A stretch of DNA of 64,000 nucleotides from an uncultured virus (IMG/VR IMGVR_UViG_3300035162_003276) (lineage: Duplodnaviria; Heunggongvirae; Uroviricota; Caudoviricetes), in the IMG/VR virus record IMGVR_UViG_3300035162_003276; one strand, given 5' to 3'. How positions within the stretch are numbered: position 1 is the stretch's first letter; each line of letters opens with the position of its first letter. A program made the translations under genes and the position numbers. The notes beneath the pieces are model-generated. The model saw nothing but the letters and a program-made list of their open reading frames with translations, ran no database searches and was not told the origin of the DNA. This document shows positions 16,870 to 27,448 of this stretch, piece by piece.

Positions 16870-17029
16870 TCTTCTCTTCTTTTTCTCTTAAGTGTTTGAT
16901 GAGCAAACTAACGTATATTTCTCTTTCGTATGGAATCATGTTTTCAATTTCAGTCAATGAAAAATTATGGTGTTTCATCAAGTTGAAATTCAGTGTATAG
17001 TAGTTATTGATGTCGTTATATGACATCAT
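16859..17029 (-). CDS. 51: baseplate hub assembly catalyst gp51
   Basis: NYYTLNFNLMKHHNFSLTEIENMIPYEREIYV. Confidence 0.9.
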   Translation of the reverse strand: MMSYNDINNYYTLNFNLMKHHNFSLTEIENMIPYEREIYVSLLIKHLREKEEKNGN

Positions 17030-17727
17030 GCTACGAAAAAATTTGCCATACCCTCCAGTTTGATCGAACCTTTCTCTTTGCACTTCGGACAAACCACCGA
17101 CTCTTCGATTTTGCACATCGGTAGGTCCAAAAAGAACTCTATAAGTTTAGATATTGCTTTTCCGGGGAGGGAATCAATAAATTCTTGAACTTCTTCTTTG
17201 GACAAATCCTTTGTGTCGTGTGATTCTTCTCCCACGAAAATTTTCTCGATGCAATCGTTGGCATATTCCATCACTCTTTCTTCAACGCCCATTCCTGCGG
17301 TTCTATTTTCATCCTGTTGTGACGGATATCGCATTTTGAACGAAATTTCGTCGTCTAATTTGATGTCCGTCGATTTTTTGATGTTTTCTACCTTGATGTT
17401 GTTCAAATCTACCGATGTTTCGAATTTCATTGAACAGGATGGGCATGTATAGATGTAATCTATGGTTTCTCCAACACTGACCTTCCTTAATTCAGTGAAC
17501 AAATACTCCATATCGAACATTGGTAACTTGTAAGAGTCAACTTTTCCTTCTGTGCAGTTATTAATCACTTGTCGGATGATATCATTGATGTCTTTTACCG
17601 AATTGTTGTCCTGATTAATCAACAGGAGGAGTTTTTCTTCTTTTACAGTGAACGGTCTTATCTGAATAGACTTCCCACTGGGCAATTTAACTCTACTTAA
17701 CGGTAATTCAATTTTAGGTAAACCCAT
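17026..17727 (-). CDS. 26: baseplate hub subunit gp26
   Basis: LPKI...RPFTVKEEKLLL...FDMEYLF..LR..SVGE, CxxC pairs, LEGMANFF. Confidence 0.92.
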   Translation of the reverse strand: MGLPKIELPLSRVKLPSGKSIQIRPFTVKEEKLLLLINQDNNSVKDINDIIRQVINNCTEGKVDSYKLPMFDMEYLFTELRKVSVGETIDYIYTCPSCSMKFETSVDLNNIKVENIKKSTDIKLDDEISFKMRYPSQQDENRTAGMGVEERVMEYANDCIEKIFVGEESHDTKDLSKEEVQEFIDSLPGKAISKLIEFFLDLPMCKIEESVVCPKCKEKGSIKLEGMANFFVA

Positions 17728-17748
17728 TATGTAACCTTTCTATTTCCA

Positions 17749-18423
17749 TTATCTTCTTGATGTAATATAATGCCATTTTCTGAATGACAAAGCGAGGGTA
17801 AATTCTGCGGCGTTGCTTTTGGTTGCTTGATTTAGATCAATTTGCGACATTGTTTTCGGCCAAACGTCTTCCACGACAAAAACTATCGGTGCGGCGTCGG
17901 TTTCACCGTCCCCTGTCGAAACCACGGGAGTTATCAGCATTCTTGTTGCGTAACGATCGTAGTAATTTACGTTTGAAGTGGTTTCGCCGACGATTTCGTT
18001 CATCCAGTTCATAAACCACCTGTAAACAAAGAAATCCTGCGACAAAAGACAACGGAGACTAACATCACCGGAGTAACTTACACCAGTTGGGATTTCTCTC
18101 TCTGGTCCGTAAATTCTTAGTGGTGTACTTTCTATGTTTTTTCCGGGAATGTTCACGGATTGTGCAAAAAAGTCTAGTTTTCTCTCAAACACTGCACCAC
18201 CGCCACCGAAACGCTCAAATCTTACATGAAATGCGTTTGGGGTATACACTCCATGAAAAGTTCCGGGTATGTTTACGAACTCTTCAACTGCTGTTTGCAG
18301 ATCCTCTCTCCGTCCACCCTGTTCCTGTACAGTTTCAGAGGTCGGAAGCACATCACGCACATCGACAGCGGAAGTTCTTCGTATGTTGTACCGTCCGATT
18401 GCGTTTTCTCTTGAGTTAGACAT
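17749..18423 (-). CDS. tail tube-fold baseplate protein (gp54-like tube initiator)
   Basis: SVNIPG...YGP.REIP...F.NWM...YYD.Y...WPK...F.FRKW tube-fold motifs. Confidence 0.75.
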   Translation of the reverse strand: MSNSRENAIGRYNIRRTSAVDVRDVLPTSETVQEQGGRREDLQTAVEEFVNIPGTFHGVYTPNAFHVRFERFGGGGAVFERKLDFFAQSVNIPGKNIESTPLRIYGPEREIPTGVSYSGDVSLRCLLSQDFFVYRWFMNWMNEIVGETTSNVNYYDRYATRMLITPVVSTGDGETDAAPIVFVVEDVWPKTMSQIDLNQATKSNAAEFTLALSFRKWHYITSRR

Positions 18424-19135
18424 TATCCTGCTTTCTTCTTATGTCTCCCCATACAGATTCTCTGGAGAGTTTTCTGAATCTTTCTAGTGGCATCCTCGAT
18501 GCGGTTACCCAGTCTTCTGGTCCAATACTCATGATATTAATCGAACTGATTCGTTGATCGAAGTACGATCGGTAGCAGGGTTTGACGATTCTAGAACCCT
18601 CTTTACTATTTAGATATCCAAAATCAATACCTTTGAAAGATTCTTTGATTGCTGGATTATAATTCTTCAAAATTTTTGCCATCAGCATCATTCTCTGCCT
18701 CGGTGGCACCATGTGTAAATTAACTCCAGCAAATTTAGTAGCCGTGACTCCAGTGACCAGAACCATAGGAAAGGTGTCGTAGTAATTTAGTTTTTGTTTC
18801 GTCACTGGGTTGTAAGAAAACAAATACATCGAACCAACAGACTTCACTTGGTCTCTTCGTTGAAACTCAATCCCACCCGATTCCGGTCTGGGTCTTTCCA
18901 ACCCTCGTATGAGAGATTCAGTCCAAAGTGAAGCAGCAGTAGCAAAAACCTTTTCGGTTTGTTCAACCTCTTCCTCTTCTTCTTTTAGATCAACTAATCC
19001 ACTGAGAAGAGCGTTCTTTTCTCTTTGTGATATCTCGTCTTTTTTACGAACATAATTTGCATATGCGTTGACAGATTCTTGATGAAGAATAGTCAGTTCG
19101 TATTTTGTTCTCGTTGGGTCTTCAATTGTTCCCAT
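18416..19135 (-). CDS. 2: DNA end protector protein gp2
   Basis: GSMYLFSYNP..KQKLNYYDTFP...GVNLH..PP..R; adjacent to gene 4. Confidence 0.85.
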   Translation of the reverse strand: MGTIEDPTRTKYELTILHQESVNAYANYVRKKDEISQREKNALLSGLVDLKEEEEEVEQTEKVFATAASLWTESLIRGLERPRPESGGIEFQRRDQVKSVGSMYLFSYNPVTKQKLNYYDTFPMVLVTGVTATKFAGVNLHMVPPRQRMMLMAKILKNYNPAIKESFKGIDFGYLNSKEGSRIVKPCYRSYFDQRISSINIMSIGPEDWVTASRMPLERFRKLSRESVWGDIRRKQDNV

Positions 19136-19568
19136 TGGGGAAAAGAACCTCCTCTGTGAAAATCTTAAATGTCCATCCTCTATTCTCAGCAAACTCGGTT
19201 GCAGATTTCCATTTCGCTTGGTTTACGGCATACGTTTTTACTTCGTATAGATACCTTCTAGATACTCTAGATTTTTTCACGGGTTCTTTCGTTTGCTTCT
19301 TCGGTTTGATCTCAATCAGTTGTGTTTCCTTAAATCCACGCTTGTTGATTGTCTCAACAATGAAGTCAACAAAGTATCGGTGCATTTTGCCATCGACTGG
19401 TGATTTGTAAGGTACAACTATTGTCTCTGATCCCCACCTGAGAACACTTTCTTTAGTGTCACAGAAGACCATAAACTTTTTTTCCCACATGCTGCGATAA
19501 GTTATCTTTGTTGGATCGGCAACATACTTACTGGGATTTTTTGGAATGTATCTTCCTTTATAAGCCAT
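19122..19568 (-). CDS. 4: head completion nuclease gp4
   Basis: MAYKGRY.PKNPSKY..DP..I.YRS.WE...HRYFVDF...EIKP...NQAKW. Confidence 0.95.
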   Translation of the reverse strand: MAYKGRYIPKNPSKYVADPTKITYRSMWEKKFMVFCDTKESVLRWGSETIVVPYKSPVDGKMHRYFVDFIVETINKRGFKETQLIEIKPKKQTKEPVKKSRVSRRYLYEVKTYAVNQAKWKSATEFAENRGWTFKIFTEEVLFPNGNN

Positions 19569-19582
19569 ACATAAGTATGTAT
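19567..19582. promoter_or_regulatory. divergent late-promoter pair
   Basis: Palindromic ATACATA-AG-TATGTAT between divergent genes 4 and 48. Confidence 0.65.
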
Positions 19583-19598
19583 CAAAGTAGGAGAAAAA

Positions 19599-21071
19599 AT
19601 GTCAGACCAAACTCCAGATAGATCAGCACCCGATGGTTTTTTCGACACACTGTCAGAGACCTTTGACGCGATCAGCGACGGTGATCGTTCCAACATCAGA
19701 GATGTGGATCGCAGGACCGGAGTCACGATACTCGCTGGGAACGTCGTATCCAACAATCTAGTCGGTGGTGCGGCGATCAATCAAAATGCACTTGAGGTAG
19801 CAAACCCCGAACTGGAACTTCTTCTGGGCAACCCCGCCGAGAGTGAATCTGTTTTATCGTATCCACAAAACATTTTTCAAGATGATGTGAACCATATGAT
19901 TCTTTTCCAGATGTTTGAAAAGGAAGACGAAAGTGAAAGACTTTTAAAAAGAACAGTTGAACGATCTGGTGCTGATGACTTACAGGAATATTTTGAAGAA
20001 GAAATACTAGAAAAAAGACAAGAGTTCGTCTCCGATCTCGGGGCGACCGTAGATGTGTATCAGGCAAGATTTAACCAATCCGATTTTTCTGGTTATGGTG
20101 GTCTTGGTGGAATGCCTAAAGTTGGTGGTTTGGATCAAGATGAACTTCAGAGAGTCCAAAACGAGTACGGAGTAAAGGCTTCTTTATACAAGCAATATGG
20201 GGAAACGAATCTTGCGAAGTTCGGTCGAGTGGGGTATAATCCAACCCAACCAACCGAGTATAAATTCGGTGGATCTCGACGCGGGAACAATGCAGGCAGA
20301 CCATCTAGTCGGCCGAGTGATTACAAGGCGAACTTCAGACCTCCGTTTATAAACAGAGGGTTAACTGAAACTCCGAAGTACAAGGCAAAGCAAAACATGT
20401 TCCTGTACATGCCACAAACTCTGAACGAGACTAACCTGCAAAGTTATGATACACCCGAATTACTTCTTGCAAAATTTGCTTCAGAAACACTGAAGAATAC
20501 TTTAAGTGCTGGTGGTGTCATTGATGGTGCAAGTGAATTTATCAACGCACTAAAACAGAACGTAAGCATCGGCACAAGAATAGGTGCCCAGGCGATCGAC
20601 AGTCTTGCAAATGTGCTTGGACTACCTCTGAATGCAGAGTCAGTTCTCACGCAACTTAGAGGCAAAGCACTTAACCCACGACGAGAACAGACCTACCAAT
20701 CTCCAGAATTTAGAACATTCAGTTACGTCTTTGAACTGTATCCAAAATCAAGAGCAGAGACGGACATGATAAATTCCATGATTCGATTATTTAAATATCA
20801 CTCCTACCCAGATTTGGATTCTACAGGAAACCTCTTTATAACACCTGCTCTATTCAGGATTCGATATCTCTACAAATCAAGTGGAGCGTTGGTAGAAAAC
20901 ATTTGGTTGAACAGAACTAAAGACTGTGTTCTCACTGAAGTCAACGTGGATTATACAGCACCCGGAAAATTCACAACCCATGTAGATGGTTCTCCGGTCG
21001 GAATTAAGTTATCACTGTCATTCAAAGAAACTACAGTGGTGACCAAAGAAGATGTATTGGAGGGTGCTTGA
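19599..21071 (+). CDS. 48: baseplate tail tube cap gp48
   Basis: LYMP...NPRREQTYQSPEFRTFSY.F...PKS..E...CVLT.V.VDY...LSFKE. Confidence 0.88.
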   Translation: MSDQTPDRSAPDGFFDTLSETFDAISDGDRSNIRDVDRRTGVTILAGNVVSNNLVGGAAINQNALEVANPELELLLGNPAESESVLSYPQNIFQDDVNHMILFQMFEKEDESERLLKRTVERSGADDLQEYFEEEILEKRQEFVSDLGATVDVYQARFNQSDFSGYGGLGGMPKVGGLDQDELQRVQNEYGVKASLYKQYGETNLAKFGRVGYNPTQPTEYKFGGSRRGNNAGRPSSRPSDYKANFRPPFINRGLTETPKYKAKQNMFLYMPQTLNETNLQSYDTPELLLAKFASETLKNTLSAGGVIDGASEFINALKQNVSIGTRIGAQAIDSLANVLGLPLNAESVLTQLRGKALNPRREQTYQSPEFRTFSYVFELYPKSRAETDMINSMIRLFKYHSYPDLDSTGNLFITPALFRIRYLYKSSGALVENIWLNRTKDCVLTEVNVDYTAPGKFTTHVDGSPVGIKLSLSFKETTVVTKEDVLEGA

Positions 21072-22000
21072 TGTTATTCAGTAATTTCCCCCTAATTGAA
21101 TACCCATTTGTATCAGATAAAAAACTCAGAACAAAGTTAGCAACCGATGTTCTCGTGCGACTGGGATACAGTGAGGAACTAAAAAACAACGAGCAGATTT
21201 TTAGTTACTATAGGGTCCGCGAAGGAGAGACCCCTGAGATCATCGCAGACAAGCTCTACGGGACTCCAGAGTATCATTGGACCATTCTACTGTTCAATGA
21301 TGTAATTGATCCTTATTACGGTTGGAATTTGCAAAGTTCTACTTTCGACAATTACATGCGAGAGAACTACCCCGGAACTTCTCTTTACCTTTCATCAATA
21401 GATGACGACAATGCGACTCTAGTTTCAACTGGATTCTCTGTCGATCAGACAATCTACAAAACAGATGGTACGTTGCAGAACAACAACACATACCTCGGTG
21501 TAGAAAACACCAGAGCCGTTGTGTATGAATGGAATCCTACTTTCTGTGAATTGGTGGTGGACCAGAATGAGTCTACTTTCCGACCCGGTGATCTCATTTC
21601 AACTGTCAATAGCACAGGGACTGCTGTGATTGCAAGGGTCAATCGTGTTCAGTCTAAGCAAGATGCGTTACACCACTTCGAGAAAACATTTACCTCTGGA
21701 TCATCTGGGCCAACAGGCGAAGCAATTTATATCAACCCACTGTCAGAAGCATCAGGTCTGTCCGCAGGCGAAAACCAAGTGATTGGGAGTACTGTCGGGT
21801 TCAATGGAAACGTCACACTTGCTGACACGTTCATTGGTGTGTACAGTGGAGTCACAGGTGCGGTCCAGAAGAATAATTTTGCAGTATCCAACCGAAAGTA
21901 TGAATTAGACAAGACAATGGAGACTGCGAGAATCAAACTGATACGACCCAAGTACATAAAGCAACTACCCAAGAATATTAAAGAATTGATAGATGCCTGA
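21071..22000 (+). CDS. 53: baseplate wedge subunit gp53
   Basis: FSNFP.I.Y...GETPEIIADKLYG...HWTILLFNDVIDPY...IKLIRP.Y. Confidence 0.92.
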   Translation: MLFSNFPLIEYPFVSDKKLRTKLATDVLVRLGYSEELKNNEQIFSYYRVREGETPEIIADKLYGTPEYHWTILLFNDVIDPYYGWNLQSSTFDNYMRENYPGTSLYLSSIDDDNATLVSTGFSVDQTIYKTDGTLQNNNTYLGVENTRAVVYEWNPTFCELVVDQNESTFRPGDLISTVNSTGTAVIARVNRVQSKQDALHHFEKTFTSGSSGPTGEAIYINPLSEASGLSAGENQVIGSTVGFNGNVTLADTFIGVYSGVTGAVQKNNFAVSNRKYELDKTMETARIKLIRPKYIKQLPKNIKELIDA

Positions 22001-23261
22001 AACAGAGACATATACCGACATCGGTGATTATAAGTTAGGTGTGATGCAGTTGGTCAACTCGGCTGGTGGTGTTGTGCCACTCAACGACTACTTCGTTCAA
22101 TTTTCTTTAAGTGAAGACTTGTTCAGAAACTTTCTCACCGCAACAATGGTGATTACCGATGTAAACAACCTACCGGGTGTATTTCCAATCATCGGCAACG
22201 AGCAACTCTTGATTAGTTTCAAAACACCAAAATTTGCCGACCGTGAAATCACACTGAACATGGCATGTGTGAATTACCGAGAAAAGGAAGTGGGCGAAAA
22301 CTCGAAGACTCAGGGGTATGAGTTGACGTTTGTGTCTAATTCGTATCTTGATGGTATAAACAAGAAAATATCAAAAGCATTCGAGGGGCGGGTCTCGGAT
22401 ATTGTCGATCAGGTGATTCAGGAAAATATTGATGATCCTCGATCTGTTGAAATATCACAGACAGACGGTAAGTTCAAATTTGTGATGCCGTTCACCAGTC
22501 CATACGAGACAATAAATTTCTTGAAGAGGAAAGCATCTGCATCACGCAAAGAATTTACCGACTCTTCGTTTATGTTTTACGAAACCTCTGACGGATTGAA
22601 TTTTAAAAGTCTACACGAAATCAAAAACCAACCGCCGATCACAGAACTGAACTATTATCCTAAAAACACTAGCATGGCCGGTGTGGATGAACGAAGATTT
22701 AACTCAGGTGAACTCATGGAGTTCCCGAGGACGTTCAACAGAATTCTTGAGATGAATGGTTCGATGTATAGTGGTGCGATTACCAAATACGATTTGACTA
22801 GCAAGCAAATAGAGAGTAAGATAGTAAGTGTCGAAGACCTTGATGTAGAGTCAAATCGACTCAACGCAGAAACACTTTCACCAAAAGAGATCAAGTATTT
22901 CAGAAAGGGTATTCTCTCACACAGCGTGGTAAATCATCAAGCATTTACACAGAATAACATTCAAGACAATCGTAAAATTTTTGACTTGTTTTTAAATCGA
23001 AACATTGATATACTTAGAAGCAAATCACTGACGGTAACTCTGGTCGTTCCGGGGAACAGTGATTTGAGTGTGGGTCAAGTCGTATACTTTGATGTTCCCA
23101 AAATACAAGTTGAAAGTGAAACCGAATCTGCGTCGGATCCGGTTGCAAGTGGGAAATACATATTATCAAAGGTTGAGCATGTGTTGCTCAAGAATGACTA
23201 CACTTGTTATATCGAATTAATCAAAGACAGCGTAATAGAATCTTTGATTAGTGCTACATGA
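21993..23261 (+). CDS. baseplate hub protein (gp27-like)
   Basis: SEDLF...D...LP..GNE...FMFYET..G.NFKS...VPGNSDL.VG...SGKYI; precedes gp5. Confidence 0.75.
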   Translation: MPETETYTDIGDYKLGVMQLVNSAGGVVPLNDYFVQFSLSEDLFRNFLTATMVITDVNNLPGVFPIIGNEQLLISFKTPKFADREITLNMACVNYREKEVGENSKTQGYELTFVSNSYLDGINKKISKAFEGRVSDIVDQVIQENIDDPRSVEISQTDGKFKFVMPFTSPYETINFLKRKASASRKEFTDSSFMFYETSDGLNFKSLHEIKNQPPITELNYYPKNTSMAGVDERRFNSGELMEFPRTFNRILEMNGSMYSGAITKYDLTSKQIESKIVSVEDLDVESNRLNAETLSPKEIKYFRKGILSHSVVNHQAFTQNNIQDNRKIFDLFLNRNIDILRSKSLTVTLVVPGNSDLSVGQVVYFDVPKIQVESETESASDPVASGKYILSKVEHVLLKNDYTCYIELIKDSVIESLISAT

Positions 23262-23273
23262 TGGAGAAAAAAC

Positions 23274-23399
23274 ATGGATGCAAAATGGCAAGACAGAATC
23301 ACCAAAGCGGATTTCTACTATGACGAGGAGGCCCTGAGAGAATGGAAACTCTGGGCGGAAAAGTGGGCATCACGCAACTGGCATGATCCAAAAGGATGA
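23274..23399 (+). CDS. 41-aa Trp-rich hypothetical protein
   Basis: GGAG RBS; MDAKWQDRITKADFYYDEEALREWKLWAEKW...; fills the gap before gp5. Confidence 0.55.
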   Translation: MDAKWQDRITKADFYYDEEALREWKLWAEKWASRNWHDPKG

Positions 23400-23402
23400 T
23401 AA

Positions 23403-24392
23403 ATGCACAAGAGAGAAGGGGAAGATGGGTTTATCTGGTGGCACGGGGTTGTAGAGGATATTGATGATCCTCTGCGCCTTGGTAGATGTCGCGTCCGATG
23501 TATCGGATTCCACACGGCACAAAAGTCACAAATAAAAACAGAAGACTTGCCTTGGGCAACTCCTCTTCAATCAGCAATTAGTGCAGCGGTAAGTCAAATA
23601 GGATTTTCACCGACTGGACTTCTCCAAGGATCACATGTGTTTGGTTTCTTCCGTGATGGAACGGAAGCCCAGATGCCTGTGATCCTTGGTTCTTTTGCTG
23701 GTATACCAGAAGAAAAACTACCGGCCGACTCTGGATTCTCAGACCCAGACGGAAAATATCCGTTGGATGAAACTCTAGGCGAATCAGATGTTTCTAGATT
23801 GGCAAGAGGAGAGAAAACAGAAGAGACGATTGTACAGGCAAAAAAAGATAACACAACCAAAGGTGTCTCGCAAGCAGGCGGTGGATCATGGGATGAACCA
23901 GAAACTCCATACGCCACCAAATATCCATTCAATAAAGTTTTCCAAACTACGAGTGGTCACATTTGCGAATTTGACGACACCGAAGGTAAAGAAAGAATAC
24001 ACTTATACCATAAGTCAGGAACATTTTTCGAACTCCATCCAGACGGATCCATTGTTCAAAAAGTGACTAAAGACCGATACCAAATTATACTTGGTGATGA
24101 TTATGTAAACGTGAAGGGTAACGTCGCGGTCACCATCGAGGGAGATGCTTCGATAAAGGTAGAAGGGGATACTAAAGTGGAGTCAACTGGAACCATAGAT
24201 GTCCAGTGCGACTCTTCTATTACCGTGAAAGCAAACGAACAAATATCAATGGACGCCCCAATCATTACTCTTAACGCAGCAAATCAAATCAATGGAACTG
24301 CTGGTGCAGTCGCCATCTCTGGCGGAGCATCTACTTTGGATCTAAATAATGGTGGACTTCGTATGAACGCACCTAGTATTGATCTCAACTAA
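23403..24392 (+). CDS. 5: baseplate central spike gp5 (no lysozyme domain)
   Basis: [18 protein letters not shown]...LPWA; YPFNKV..T.SGH..E.DDT...ERI; beta-helix repeats. Confidence 0.95.
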   Translation: MHKREGEDGFIWWHGVVEDIDDPLRLGRCRVRCIGFHTAQKSQIKTEDLPWATPLQSAISAAVSQIGFSPTGLLQGSHVFGFFRDGTEAQMPVILGSFAGIPEEKLPADSGFSDPDGKYPLDETLGESDVSRLARGEKTEETIVQAKKDNTTKGVSQAGGGSWDEPETPYATKYPFNKVFQTTSGHICEFDDTEGKERIHLYHKSGTFFELHPDGSIVQKVTKDRYQIILGDDYVNVKGNVAVTIEGDASIKVEGDTKVESTGTIDVQCDSSITVKANEQISMDAPIITLNAANQINGTAGAVAISGGASTLDLNNGGLRMNAPSIDLN

Positions 24393-25639
24393 TGGCAGAC
24401 CCAAAAAGATATACAGCACCCCCGTTACCCAATGATGAATTCACCGGCCAGCAATCCGATCTGGTCGATGGTCTCTCATTGTCACAGGTATCAAAGTATA
24501 TTAATCCAGATGGACTGTCAAGTCTAGATGATCCGACACAAGGACCACAGGGATTCCCTGGCCCACAAGGACCATCAGGACCAGCAGGACCAGCAGGAGA
24601 ACAAGGTCCAGCAGGCGAACGCGGCGAGAACGGTGAGCAGGGAGAACAAGGTCCAGCAGGCGAACGCGGCGAGGACGGACTGCCGGGTAGTAATGGACAA
24701 GACGGACAAGACGGACAAGACGGACAATCTGGTACTGTTGGTGCGTTTAGTGACGGAACTACCATTGTATCAGGAGGAAATACTCTCTCGATCAAGGGTG
24801 GAACTGGGACCACTGTTATAGTTACAACTTCCGTTTCATCTGGTCCGACATTTGAAATAGGAGAAACTGGATGGACTCGCGGCGGAGAAGTTTTTCCTGA
24901 AGCAGTAGGTGGAATCGCAGCAGGTACATCCTTTCCAACCGGAACAGGGTTAGAAACAATTCTACAGGCTTTATTGTATCCATATCAGAGTGTTTCATTT
25001 TCTGATTTCGACATCGGTCTATCTTCCGGGCCCTATGAGATAGGACAGACTGCGGGCGATCAGACAGTCAATGCAACGTGGACAACTTCAGGACCAAATG
25101 CAAACTGGACTGCTGGTTCCCTTTCGATATCTGGAAATGAAAGCGTGGGAACGATTGCAAGTAGCATGGATTTTGATGATACACCAAAAAGTATCAGTCA
25201 CGGTCCTTACATGTTTACTACAGAAAAAACTTTGACATTCACGCTCTCGGGTGGTCAGTCAGAAGGAAGTAACGCAACAAAAACAGACACAATGAACTGG
25301 AGACTTAGATACTTAAGCGGTAAAACTGGATCTGGGTTCAACGGAACTGGGATGACTTCTCAAGGGTTCACCGAAACTCTATCACGAACTTCACCCAATA
25401 ATTTTTCGGTTACCTTTGGTGCGACTTCTCCTGCAAACAAGGGGTATTTTGTAATACCCTCAAGTGAATACTCCGGGTCGTTGACATTTACTGATACATC
25501 AACAAACTTAACTTTCCCATTCAATAAAGCTGTTTCAGACTACACACATAGAAATTTACATGGTATAGATGTAGATTACGATATTTACGAATCTCAAAAC
25601 AGTTTCGGCGGTGAAGTCACGGTAAGGGTTAACACATAA
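24392..25639 (+). CDS. collagen-like virion protein
   Basis: Gly-X-Y run [10 protein letters not shown]...GQDGQSG followed by a globular domain. Confidence 0.8.
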   Translation: MADPKRYTAPPLPNDEFTGQQSDLVDGLSLSQVSKYINPDGLSSLDDPTQGPQGFPGPQGPSGPAGPAGEQGPAGERGENGEQGEQGPAGERGEDGLPGSNGQDGQDGQDGQSGTVGAFSDGTTIVSGGNTLSIKGGTGTTVIVTTSVSSGPTFEIGETGWTRGGEVFPEAVGGIAAGTSFPTGTGLETILQALLYPYQSVSFSDFDIGLSSGPYEIGQTAGDQTVNATWTTSGPNANWTAGSLSISGNESVGTIASSMDFDDTPKSISHGPYMFTTEKTLTFTLSGGQSEGSNATKTDTMNWRLRYLSGKTGSGFNGTGMTSQGFTETLSRTSPNNFSVTFGATSPANKGYFVIPSSEYSGSLTFTDTSTNLTFPFNKAVSDYTHRNLHGIDVDYDIYESQNSFGGEVTVRVNT

Positions 25640-26205
25640 TGGCGACTATTACAGGAGGAGTTCCATTTGGTGGTTTTGTATCCCCGACTGATTCGGGGGA
25701 CGCATATCCTGTAACCAATCCGAAGTTCGGATTAGGTAGTCTCCGCACAGTAGAAGACACAACAGCCAGAAATGCCATTTCTGATCTACGAAGAGAACAG
25801 GGAATGATGGTGTTCTCGATTGCCGATCAGAAGCACTACCAATTAAAGGGTGGAACTGCAAACGGAAACTGGCAAGAGTTTACGGTTGGTGGTGCAAGTG
25901 CCGAATTTGGAATAACAGGAGACTTCGGTACGGGATTCACACTACAACCACAAGAAGTTTTGGGGTTCAGTGGAGATACCACAATCGAAGTCATTATAAA
26001 TAACACTGCAAGAACCATACATATTCGAGGAAACACTGCTTCGACTTTGAGCGAAACAGAACAAACTTTAGTTACAAACTCTTTTATGACAGAAAATACT
26101 TTAATGAGAACATCAACAGAAAATTTTAGAAATAGAATGGGAGTCAGTCTAGATATGAATACAAATGATATTGTCTCGGGACTGATCGACGGAGGAGGAT
26201 TCTAA
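25639..26205 (+). CDS. fibre-associated virion protein
   Basis: RNAISDLRREQGMMVF domain; ends LIDGGGF. Confidence 0.7.
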   Translation: MATITGGVPFGGFVSPTDSGDAYPVTNPKFGLGSLRTVEDTTARNAISDLRREQGMMVFSIADQKHYQLKGGTANGNWQEFTVGGASAEFGITGDFGTGFTLQPQEVLGFSGDTTIEVIINNTARTIHIRGNTASTLSETEQTLVTNSFMTENTLMRTSTENFRNRMGVSLDMNTNDIVSGLIDGGGF

Positions 26206-26206
26206 T

Positions 26207-27424
26207 ATGTCAGAAGAAACAACACGCAACAATAAAATTATTATTCGAAAATCTAGAGTAACCACTTTCCCATCTAGTGGACTATCCGCAGGTGAATTTG
26301 CCTTTTCTTATCCCACAGGTGCTTTGTATCTTGGTAGCAGTGGTGGAACTGGCGTAGTAGATGCAGGTGGACCTAGATTGAACTCCACATTTGCTAATGT
26401 ATTTCCCGGATATAGCATTCTAAACACTTCGATCGCCGCGACGGCCATCGCGGGGACGGGGAAAGCGGGTGTAGAACCCACTGGTGGTACTCTTGGTATC
26501 ACTATGGCTGCTGGTATGCAGTTACAGAAATCACCGGCCGCCGCGACGAACAACCTAGAAATTGCAACCACTGCCTATGTCACAGCCGCAGTCGCTGGTG
26601 CAGAAGGTGGTGTATCGAGTCTCACAGGTATCACTGGTGCGATTTCTCTCATCTCAGGAAAGTCTATTGGTATCACAACTGCATCTGCTGCGGGTGGTAT
26701 TGATCCTCACATTACACTTACCGGATTGACTGCCTCATACAGTGCCGATATTCAGGGTGTTGCCAGTTATAATGTGAATAACTTTAGTCTTGCTGACAAT
26801 GGTATGGTGAGTATCAAAAACGAGGGTGTTGCGAATGCTAAACTAGAAAACCCTCAAATCCCGATCGAGATTAATTCACAAAACCACGGTGGCGTAGCAG
26901 CAGCAAAAGTAAATACTGGATTGACTCTTGGTTCGGGACTTACTTTTGAAGGGACATCCAACCAAGTCAAAATTACTAGCACCCAATCTGATGATGGAAT
27001 TAGATTAAATTGGAGTTTACCTGCTACTGTAAACCTTACTAACGGTATCACGGCACCAAACATTGATACCACACTTGCTACTGTAACAGACTTAAACGTA
27101 AGTGCAGGTGTCACTATCGGTGGAGACCTGACAGTTAATGGTACTTTGACTACAATTTCTACTACAAACTTAGAAATTGAAGATGTATTCCTTGAACTGG
27201 CAAATGATGGTTCGAATGGCGACAATGACTATGGATTCTTTCAGCAAATTGGTGCTTCGCTTCACACGGGTCTTGCTTATGACTCATCTACAAGTAGATA
27301 CTACTTGTTCGAAAGTGATTCTTTTAATGGAACTGATGCAATTGTTACCACGGAACACGCTGGTAACATGGCTGAGTTTAGAGCGAAATTGAATGGATCT
27401 CTGATTGACGGCGGTGGATTCTGA
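26207..27424 (+). CDS. tail-fibre-like protein with Mtd-N-like N-terminus
   Basis: SGLSAGEFAF...LYLG; GDLTVNGTLTTISTTNLEIED motif; ends LIDGGGF. Confidence 0.75.
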   Translation: MSEETTRNNKIIIRKSRVTTFPSSGLSAGEFAFSYPTGALYLGSSGGTGVVDAGGPRLNSTFANVFPGYSILNTSIAATAIAGTGKAGVEPTGGTLGITMAAGMQLQKSPAAATNNLEIATTAYVTAAVAGAEGGVSSLTGITGAISLISGKSIGITTASAAGGIDPHITLTGLTASYSADIQGVASYNVNNFSLADNGMVSIKNEGVANAKLENPQIPIEINSQNHGGVAAAKVNTGLTLGSGLTFEGTSNQVKITSTQSDDGIRLNWSLPATVNLTNGITAPNIDTTLATVTDLNVSAGVTIGGDLTVNGTLTTISTTNLEIEDVFLELANDGSNGDNDYGFFQQIGASLHTGLAYDSSTSRYYLFESDSFNGTDAIVTTEHAGNMAEFRAKLNGSLIDGGGF

Positions 27425-27448
27425 TTCTTTATATAATGGAATTGTGAT

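Noticed and set aside
11292..16891. Long antisense ORFs opposite Gly/Ala/Thr-rich genes (also 56303-57232)
   Set aside because: Shadow frames produced by the codon bias of the real gene
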